Positions 27,345-34,524 of a DNA stretch of 38,284 nucleotides are shown in pieces. The DNA comes from Hormoscilla sp. Its GTDB lineage: Bacteria > Cyanobacteriota > Cyanobacteriia > Cyanobacteriales > Desertifilaceae. The notes under the pieces were generated by a model. It saw only the letters and a list, made by a program, of their open reading frames with translations. It was not told the DNA's origin and searched no databases. How positions within the stretch are numbered: position 1 is the first letter of the stretch; every line of letters starts with the position of its first letter. Location: assembly GCA_051439505.1 (NCBI GenBank), contig JBFRWI010000220.1, forward strand, positions 1 through 38,284, given 5' to 3'. The translations under genes were made by a program, and so were the position numbers.

Positions 27345-27665
27345 ATGACATTGGCAGAATTAGAAACGCAACTCCTGGCCTTGACTCCCGCTGAAAAAGC
27401 GTCAGCCATAGGTATTTTAATTAAAAATTTGAGCAATGGTTCCCCAGGAATTACCAAGACTCCTGGGGTCTGTGGCGGTGAAGCTTGCATCGCGAGGACT
27501 CGCATCCCTGTTTGGTTGCTGGTGGGTTTTCGTCGTCAAGGTGCAACAGATGCTTATATCCTAGAAGGCTATCCCCATCTTACTGCTGCCGATCTGGTGA
27601 ATGTCTGGGCTTATGCTGATGCACACCCAGAGGAAATTGAAGATGCGATCGTCAAGAATAGGTAA
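27345..27665 (+). CDS. DUF433 family putative antitoxin
   Basis: ITKTPGVCGGEACIARTRIPVW...ILEGYPHLTAADL...AYA..HPEEIE. Confidence 0.88.
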   Translation: MTLAELETQLLALTPAEKASAIGILIKNLSNGSPGITKTPGVCGGEACIARTRIPVWLLVGFRRQGATDAYILEGYPHLTAADLVNVWAYADAHPEEIEDAIVKNR

Positions 27666-27674
27666 GCGTGATCT

Positions 27675-27710
27675 ATGGCAAGTTTGTAGGAGGATGAAAA
27701 TTTCTCACTC
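27675..27710 (+). pseudogene. Stub of a DUF5615/PIN-like toxin
   Basis: ATG GCA AGT TTG TAG GAG GAT GAA AAT TTC TCA CTC = MASL*EDENFSL, matching the M.+LY.DEN.P start of the toxins that normally follow DUF433. It has an internal stop and no continuation. Confidence 0.6.
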
Positions 27711-27803
27711 TTAGGATTATCTATTGTATTCTATCCGATATTCCTGGGGAGTGAATTAAATTAAGCTCTTGAGGAGAAAGTGAAGTCGTCAAAGGAGTCT
27801 AAC

Positions 27804-28040
27804 ATGAATCTATCATACAAAGCGATACAGTTTCTTATTGAAGCTATTGACTATCGGCTCGAAGCCTACGAGGAAAGGTTGAAGTTAATAGATGACATTG
27901 ATGAAGATGAAGCTTCTGACATTGGCAATGATTGTGGTTTTTTAGAATCGCTTCGTCACGATTTAGCGCAGACATTGCAAAATCGCGAGACTGTTCTACT
28001 ATCAGAGGAGACTTTCCCTCGTAAAGTCTCCTCTGTTTGA
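27804..28040 (+). CDS. Small acidic helical hypothetical protein
   Basis: RBS AAAGGAG 6 nt before ATG 27804; 78 aa forming two amphipathic helices around an acidic loop (DDIDEDEASD). Confidence 0.65.
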   Translation: MNLSYKAIQFLIEAIDYRLEAYEERLKLIDDIDEDEASDIGNDCGFLESLRHDLAQTLQNRETVLLSEETFPRKVSSV

Positions 28041-28083
28041 GACCGATCGCCCACTATCCTGCCCTCTTGCAAAAACACCATCT

Positions 28084-28153
28084 GTAGGGGCGAAGCATTG
28101 CGGCGAAAATCTGTGTTCTAAATGAATAATTTACATTCCGCAATGCTTCGCCC
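28084..28153. repeat. REP-like hairpin between convergent genes (possible terminator)
   Basis: Perfect 16-bp IR GGGCGAAGCATTGCGG (28088-28103) / CCGCAATGCTTCGCCC (28138-28153), preceded by GTAG. Confidence 0.8.
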
Positions 28154-28190
28154 GGCTTCGCGACGAAGAAACTTGAACATACCCGACTGC

Positions 28191-28443
28191 TTACGCGATC
28201 GCCTCCAGCAAGCCAAAAACAGCTTTCAGTTGAGAGCTGTTTTCTGAGTTGAACGGAAAGTTAAGCTCTTTAATCCGATCGGGAGTTTTCTGGGAGACTC
28301 TCATAATTTCAATACCTACCACATTAGGAGCGATCGTCAAAGTCATAAACTATCCCAGGAGCAACCTCTTCTGATTCGATAATTTTGGAGTCATTAAGGC
28401 GCAAATAAGCTGCATCTGCTTGTCCATCGAATTCTAAGAACAT
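28191..28443 (-). pseudogene. Frameshifted DUF2283 family protein (TA-associated)
   Basis: MFLEFDGQADAAYLRLNDSKIIESEEVAPGIVYDFDDR, then after a +1 shift NVVGIEIMRVSQKTPDRIKELNFPF...AIA-stop. Total length is 253 bp (3n+1). Absent from the ORF track. Confidence 0.8.
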
Positions 28444-28730
28444 AATTTTCCCATACTAATTTACTCTGTTGCCGAGATTTGACATTTCAATCTAATTTTA
28501 GTATATACTTATGATCTGCATTTCCCTACTGCAAGTACGGATGAACGGGTCCATATGGTATGCCTGTTCTGCGTAACGCCAGGGCCCCATCCACCTTTCA
28601 CCGGTGCATTGTAGGGTGGGCACCGCCCACCAGAAGCGGGTTTTGGTAACAACAACTGTTTGCGACCACACCCGTCACCCACCTTATCATGTAGTATATT
28701 ATTATCAGCAAGACCTCAAGGGCAAGATTA

Positions 28731-29978
28731 ATGACAAACAGCAATGCCACGCCAACCGCTCCAAATTCTCTTAAGCAGAACAAACGGTTGGTAGACACAG
28801 CCCTCGAAGATATTTTAGTCCCTGGACTAACGCCCTTCATCAAACGAGAGATGAAGAGGGTTTATAAAAAAGATTGGTTGCAAAAAGCACGAGAAAAATT
28901 GCAGCATTACCATCGGGATGGAAATGACCTGAACTGGGAAGACCCCCAAGTAATCCTGCAATTACTTTTGAACCATTGGCGCGATGCTTTCCTCCAACCA
29001 CCAGAATTCGACCACCAGGAGAAAAGTTTAGTGAGTAACTTGCTGGCTATTCGCGGTCAAGTTAAGCATAATGCTTTCAAGAAGTATGATAATGAATACA
29101 CGGATTACGTCCTTTACAATATGGAGCTACTGCTGAAGGCTGTTCCTAATGATAAGACCGCACGGGAAAAAGCGCAAGAGGTCCGGAAGCTAAGGGAAGA
29201 CTTTAGCCTTCCGGATGAAAGTACATTTGCAAAGCAGTTGGCAGTTAATATTCAACCAGATGATAATCCTTTCATTCCCCTGACTGGCAGAGTGGAGACT
29301 CCCCAACTGTTCTTTGGCAGGGAAAAGGAAATCCAGCGGGTATTTGAGACTCTTAATAGTGGTAGTAGCGTCGCCCTGATAGGCGATCGCTCAATTGGCA
29401 AGTCTTCCCTACTCTGGGCGATTTGCCAACAGGCAGAAAGCAAAATGACATCGCCTCGCAAGCCTATTTACATCAATCTACAATACATCTTAGACGATAA
29501 TGATTTCTACGAAGCCCTCTGTTATGAGGTGGGGATTGATGTCTGCAAAGGATATTCTTTGAATCGGGCCTTGAAGCAACAGCGTCCTCGACTGCTGCTA
29601 GTCCTCGATGAAGTGGAGAAGATGACTTGGGACGGGTTTACCAACCAGCTACGGGCACAACTGCGAGGTTTAGCTGAAGGGGGTGATGCGCCCTTGCGTT
29701 TAGTGGTTGCGGCTTCTACTTCTCTCGATAAATTGTTTCCCGACAGTCAGGCAATGGGCATGACCTCACCCTTCACAAACATTTGTATTGAAGAACGGAT
29801 TAACGCCTGGGATGAGGCAAGGGTTCGCGAGTTTATTAGTCACCGTCTCGCTACAACTCAGATCCTTTTTGAGGAGGATGATATTTCCCAGATTGTTCGG
29901 AAAAGTGGCGGTCACCCCAAGCGAGTGATGGATCTATGTCATACAATATATGAAGGCTACAAGGAGAAGACGCCATGA
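28731..29978 (+). CDS. Swt1-like HEPN domain fused to an AAA/STAND-type ATPase
   Basis: N-terminal GLTPFIKREMK.VY..DW...D.QVILQLL.NHWRDAF...SLVSNL..IRGQVKH (Rx4H). NPF...FFGREKE, Walker A GDRSIGKS, Walker B LLVLDE and SGGHP. Confidence 0.75.
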   Translation: MTNSNATPTAPNSLKQNKRLVDTALEDILVPGLTPFIKREMKRVYKKDWLQKAREKLQHYHRDGNDLNWEDPQVILQLLLNHWRDAFLQPPEFDHQEKSLVSNLLAIRGQVKHNAFKKYDNEYTDYVLYNMELLLKAVPNDKTAREKAQEVRKLREDFSLPDESTFAKQLAVNIQPDDNPFIPLTGRVETPQLFFGREKEIQRVFETLNSGSSVALIGDRSIGKSSLLWAICQQAESKMTSPRKPIYINLQYILDDNDFYEALCYEVGIDVCKGYSLNRALKQQRPRLLLVLDEVEKMTWDGFTNQLRAQLRGLAEGGDAPLRLVVAASTSLDKLFPDSQAMGMTSPFTNICIEERINAWDEARVREFISHRLATTQILFEEDDISQIVRKSGGHPKRVMDLCHTIYEGYKEKTP

Positions 29979-32959
29979 ACAAAAACAGTCCAGTTACCCG
30001 CTTATATTTAGCGCCCAAGCTGAAGCGACCCCTATCCTTGTGGAATCCCCTGGATTACCTGCGCCTGTTGTACTGGGTGTTTTTCTTTCCTCAGGCTTTG
30101 CGCTGGTATTTAGACACCTTCGGGGGCGGGTATATTCCTGCATCGGAAATGAATTGGCGCAAAGGATGGGAGTTACTGCGTCAGAATCCTATTCACCGTA
30201 AATTGTTGTTACAAGGGTTGCTGTTACAAGGGCTGCTGTTAGCTTTTATTAGATCGTCAGATATAGAAATATTTATTCAGCAAATGGGCTCTCCCATTAA
30301 TTGGGCGATCGTGGCCTATCAGGCGGTGCAAGGTGTAGCGTTTGGCGTGGGGTTTGGCGTGGTGATGCCTGTGATGTCTGGCGTGGCGTTTGGCGTGGCG
30401 TTTGGCGTGGCGTTAGTCGTGGCCTTATGGGCGATGTCTGACGTGGTGATACCTGTGGTGTTTGGCGTGGCAAGTGATGTACTGAAGGGCGTGTTGGAGG
30501 GTTTGATAAGGGACTTAGCAGAGGGTCTGGTAGGCTTAGCAAGAGGTCTGGCAGAGAGCACGCATGTAGCAACGGGCGTGATGTTGGCAATCGAGGTAGC
30601 AATAGTGGTAGCACTAGGGGTAGTCCTAGGGGTAGTCCTAGGGATAGTCCTAGGTGTGGCATTAGGTGTGGCACTAGGTGTGGCGTTTGGCCTGGTGACC
30701 GGAGTGTCGTTAGGCGTGGCGTCTAAGACGATCTTTCGCATGCTCAGGGGTGTGGCGTCTGGCCTGGCGTATGGCGTGGCCTTAGGCGTGGCCTTAGGCG
30801 TGGCCTTAGGCGTGGCGTTTAGCGTAAAGTCGGACGTGCCGTTTGGTGTGGTGTTTGGCGTGGTGTTAGTCGTGGCAGGGGGCATGGCGTCTGGCCTGGC
30901 CTTAGGCGTGGCCGGGGGCGTGGCGTTTGCCCTGGCGATCGCGCGTCCGGAAAACTGGCTGATTGGTTCGCTGCTCAACCTGCATTCTCTTCAGAATGGA
31001 AGCTGGCTGCTGCCGCGTATCACTGTAGTTCCCCTTCCTTATCTATCCTCTCGTTTGACAAATTGGCTGCGACAAGACTGGGAAACGGGTCTGCATAATG
31101 CTAACCAATTGCTGCAATACACCCTTCAGTTCATTCCCGTCATCGAAGCTGTAAATCAAGAACTGGCTCTACTTCCCCCAGAGCAGCTCATCTTTCGTAT
31201 GACTCAGCTTGCTGAAGATCCGTATGATTGGCAATTATTACGTTTTGCTTCCGCTTCTTTAAGTGCAGTAATGAAAGCAGAGGCTGTGGAAGGCTTTATT
31301 CTCTTCCCTCGCCCTTGGCGGGAACGCCTCCAGAGTCGTTTTGTAACGGAACCCCGCTTAGACACCCCTGCTCGTGCTGCTGGGGCTGGTTTCTGGTATC
31401 TACACATATTTCAGCCAGCAGAAGCAGCAGAAGCGTTTGCAGTTGTACGCTTTCTCCCCTATGGAGAGGAGCTATTTGTTCTTGCTCAAACCCTAGCAGT
31501 ATTTCACGAAGCTAAAGATCCCGCAACAATTTCCACCATTCAAGTACCCGCTTTCCCCAACGAACCGCTTTTGCGTTCGACAAGCTGGAACGCTATGGAC
31601 AGTTTGCGTAGAGTCGTTGAAGACGTGCAAGTCGTTCAACGTAGCGTCTCTCGTTCTACCCGTTCCTTTGCTCTCAACCGCGCCCTCGGAGAACTCACAA
31701 ATCTTCTCAACCAGTCTGACACATTACCTAAAGCCGAAGCAAGACTGATTGTCGATATCGCTCGAACTTGGCAAGCAACCCTACTCAACATGGCGGGTGA
31801 AGTCGGGGAAGTCTCCATCACCCAGCCCGTAACCAATCCTTACATTGCTGGCGATCCAGTGGAGGGAAATTTATTTGTCGGACGCGAGGACATCCTCAGA
31901 CAGTTGGAAGAATTATGGGTGATGAGTCCACAACTCCAGTCAGTCGTCCTCTTCGGACATCGGCGCATGGGCAAAACTTCTATCCTGCGGAATGTAGCCA
32001 ACTATGGGGGAGCGCAAGTACGAGTCATTTACGTGAACTTGCAGCGCCTGGGAGACATTTCCCAAGGGGTTGGAGAAGTGCTAATTGCCATTAGCGATGA
32101 AATTGCCACTGCTTTACAGCTTCCCCCTCCAGAAGATAAAGCAATGCTGGAACTTCCCGAACAAAATTTTCAACGCTACCTGAAAAAAGTCGTCGCCGAA
32201 ATTGACCGACAGGGAGTGATTATCGCCCTAGACGAGTTCGAGATAATTGAGGAATTGATCTCCGCAGGAAAAATTCCCTCCGGGTTTATGGGGTATCTCC
32301 GGGGTTTGGTGCAAATGAGTTCTAAAATAGCCTTCGCCTTCGCGGGTTTGCATACATTGGAAGAGATGACCGCTGATTACTTCCAACCATTCTTCGCCAG
32401 CGTCATTCCCATCCGGGTGGGTTTCCTGACTGCGGGTTCGACGCGCCAACTCCTCGCCAACCCCGGGGAAGATTTTCCCCTAGACTACCACCGGTCAGCA
32501 TTAGACCAAATCTATGATCTCACAGGGGGTCAACCCTATCTCGTACAATTGATCGGATTTCAGTTAGTGCGCCGCTACAACGACCAAGTGTTTGAATTAG
32601 GACGTACCCGGGACCCGGTTTTTACAGTAGAGGACGTGGAAGCAGTCATCAATGACGATTTGTTCGCGAGAGGTCGCTACTACTTTACGGGGGTTTGGGG
32701 TCAAGCTGCCCAGGGCCCATCAGGTCAGCAGGATATTATCAGAGCTATAGTACCCCATCGGGAAGGACTAAATCTAGAGGAAATAGCCCGCCATACTACA
32801 ATCGAGCATAGCAGTATACAGCCAGCGCTAGAAACATTAAGACGGCACGATGTCGTGGCGGAAAAAGAGGGGCGCTGGTACATTATTGTGGAACTGTTTC
32901 GCCGCTGGGTTTTGAACAATGAGTCTCCTGGCCCGCCGGGGGTTAAAACCCCCGGCTAA
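29975..32959 (+). CDS. Multi-TM (GVAx-repeat) membrane protein with C-terminal AAA/STAND-type ATPase and winged-helix-like end
   Basis: ATGA overlap with the upstream gene; long hydrophobic GVAF/GVAL repeat region; NPYIAGDP...FVGRED, Walker A GHRRMGKT, Walker B IIALDEFE, TGGQPYLVQL and ELFRRW. Confidence 0.85.
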   Translation: MNKNSPVTRLYLAPKLKRPLSLWNPLDYLRLLYWVFFFPQALRWYLDTFGGGYIPASEMNWRKGWELLRQNPIHRKLLLQGLLLQGLLLAFIRSSDIEIFIQQMGSPINWAIVAYQAVQGVAFGVGFGVVMPVMSGVAFGVAFGVALVVALWAMSDVVIPVVFGVASDVLKGVLEGLIRDLAEGLVGLARGLAESTHVATGVMLAIEVAIVVALGVVLGVVLGIVLGVALGVALGVAFGLVTGVSLGVASKTIFRMLRGVASGLAYGVALGVALGVALGVAFSVKSDVPFGVVFGVVLVVAGGMASGLALGVAGGVAFALAIARPENWLIGSLLNLHSLQNGSWLLPRITVVPLPYLSSRLTNWLRQDWETGLHNANQLLQYTLQFIPVIEAVNQELALLPPEQLIFRMTQLAEDPYDWQLLRFASASLSAVMKAEAVEGFILFPRPWRERLQSRFVTEPRLDTPARAAGAGFWYLHIFQPAEAAEAFAVVRFLPYGEELFVLAQTLAVFHEAKDPATISTIQVPAFPNEPLLRSTSWNAMDSLRRVVEDVQVVQRSVSRSTRSFALNRALGELTNLLNQSDTLPKAEARLIVDIARTWQATLLNMAGEVGEVSITQPVTNPYIAGDPVEGNLFVGREDILRQLEELWVMSPQLQSVVLFGHRRMGKTSILRNVANYGGAQVRVIYVNLQRLGDISQGVGEVLIAISDEIATALQLPPPEDKAMLELPEQNFQRYLKKVVAEIDRQGVIIALDEFEIIEELISAGKIPSGFMGYLRGLVQMSSKIAFAFAGLHTLEEMTADYFQPFFASVIPIRVGFLTAGSTRQLLANPGEDFPLDYHRSALDQIYDLTGGQPYLVQLIGFQLVRRYNDQVFELGRTRDPVFTVEDVEAVINDDLFARGRYYFTGVWGQAAQGPSGQQDIIRAIVPHREGLNLEEIARHTTIEHSSIQPALETLRRHDVVAEKEGRWYIIVELFRRWVLNNESPGPPGVKTPG

Positions 32960-33129
32960 TAGCTAAAGTGGGTTAAAACCGACTATAAACATTGTATCAA
33001 AATATAATGTAGGGTGGGCATCGCCCACCTTTACCCACGGTTGACAGTAGACATTGCCCACATTTGCAAGAAGGGGCGATCGATCGCATATCGGATATTG
33101 TAGGTGTACGGCATCAACAGCTTTGGGAT

Positions 33130-33700
33130 ATAAACCGATAAAATATCTATTGCCGTGCCCCGGCCCTCGCAAATGATGAACCGCGAATTTAACATCATCA
33201 ATATTAACCGATAATTTGCCGATGTCGTGCCCAGACATAAAATTGCCGATCGCCACCCGGGGCACGGCCAATACTTCTCGGTTAAGAATTTTATTTGTCA
33301 TTGCGAGGGGGGGATACATCGCGATTAACTTATGCACCAAGCGAGTTAACCCCCGAAGCAATCCCCGCCCTAGTCGTCGGGGAGATTGCTTCGGGGGGGG
33401 AATGAATGTATCAGCGGCGATCCTAACATGTCGGTTTGGGCCCCCTCGCAATGACAAGTTGTGAACCGAGAAGTATTGGGGGCACGGCGAATTGAACATT
33501 GTCATCCTTTACCGATAATTTGCCGATGCCGTGCCCCTACATTTACTTGCGATCGCCACCCGCCCATTGAACATCATCAATATTAACCGATAATTTGCCC
33601 ATGTCGTGCCCAGACAGAAAATTGGCGATCGCCACCCGGGGCACGGCGGATTTAACATTGTCATATTAACCGATAATTTACCGATGCCGTCCCCCGGCCC
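33130..33700. repeat. Degenerate tandem array of REP-like GGGGCACGGC/GCCGTGCCCC units
   Basis: AACATCATCAATATTAACCGATAATTTGCC..TGTCGTGCCCAGACA.AAAATTG.CGATCGCCACCCGGGGCACGGC occurs at ~33191 and ~33571. ACCGATA cores recur five times. Confidence 0.8.
33269..33478. mobile_element. MITE with 15-bp perfect TIRs and 10-bp target-site duplication (IS4-family-like)
   Basis: CAATACTTCTCGGTT (33269-33283) / AACCGAGAAGTATTG (33464-33478), flanked on both sides by GGGGCACGGC (33259-33268, 33479-33488). Confidence 0.9.
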
Positions 33701-33735
33701 TTGTTCTATCCTATATCAAGAGAGAGAAACGCTAT

Positions 33736-34200
33736 ATGCAAAAATCAGAAACCAAAGTAAATTATCTGGCGATCGGGTATGGAAATCAACTGCGAGGCGA
33801 TGATGGCATCGGACAGCAAGTGGCATTAGAGGTAGAACGTTGCCATTGGGAAAACGTGCGATCGCTGGCCCGGCATCAATTAACACCCGAACTAGCAGCG
33901 GAACTGGCGGAGGTAGACTGCGCCATTTTTGTAGACGCTTGTATTACCGGAGATGCAATACAAGTAATATCCTTAGAACCTCTGCCCTCCGAAGGATGCC
34001 AATTGGGACATTATCTCGACCCCCGATCGCTTTTATATCTGGCCCAATGGCTTTACGGCCACTCTCCCCAGGCATGGTTGATTTCAGTGCCGGGAGTCAA
34101 CTTTGAACTGGGCGATCGCCTTTCACCGGTTGCCCAACAGGGAGTGGCTGAAGCCGTATCACTAATTGAGGAATTAGTCAAGAAGAATAAAGTTTTATAA
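33736..34200 (+). CDS. hoxW: Hydrogenase maturation protease for the bidirectional NiFe hydrogenase
   Basis: IGYGNQLRGDDGIG, HQLTPEL (the HoxW-type HQL motif), AIFVDA and H.LDPRSLL. Confidence 0.85.
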   Translation: MQKSETKVNYLAIGYGNQLRGDDGIGQQVALEVERCHWENVRSLARHQLTPELAAELAEVDCAIFVDACITGDAIQVISLEPLPSEGCQLGHYLDPRSLLYLAQWLYGHSPQAWLISVPGVNFELGDRLSPVAQQGVAEAVSLIEELVKKNKVL

Positions 34201-34524
34201 CAAAAAGAGAGAAGGGGAGATTTGATGGTAAAGGTGGTATAGCCAGACCACAGCGGTTTTAACCTGATGTTAAACCGGACTCATTTCTGGGAAAAACACT
34301 ATGTCAGGAGAAGGATTTCCTAACTCAAATTGAATATTTGGGTAATTGTGGTAAAGTGGGCTAGTCTGTTGGTGAAATAAATTGTCTAGCAACCGGTAGT
34401 GAAAAAGGAAAATTATTGCCACCAGATGAGGGAGTAAAAATAGACCAATCGTGGTAAAGTACGATCGGGGAATGTTGGCTCAGTCGAGCGCATTGCAAAG
34501 AGTTCAATAATTGTGGAAGGAAAA

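Noticed and set aside
30297..30978. Thr/Pro/Ala-rich minus-strand ORFs (mucin-like)
   Set aside because: Antisense reading of the 12-nt GVAx repeats of the ATPase gene.
32963..33803. ORFs of 180, 82 and 65 aa across the repeat region
   Set aside because: They are composed almost wholly of REP, MITE and palindrome sequence.
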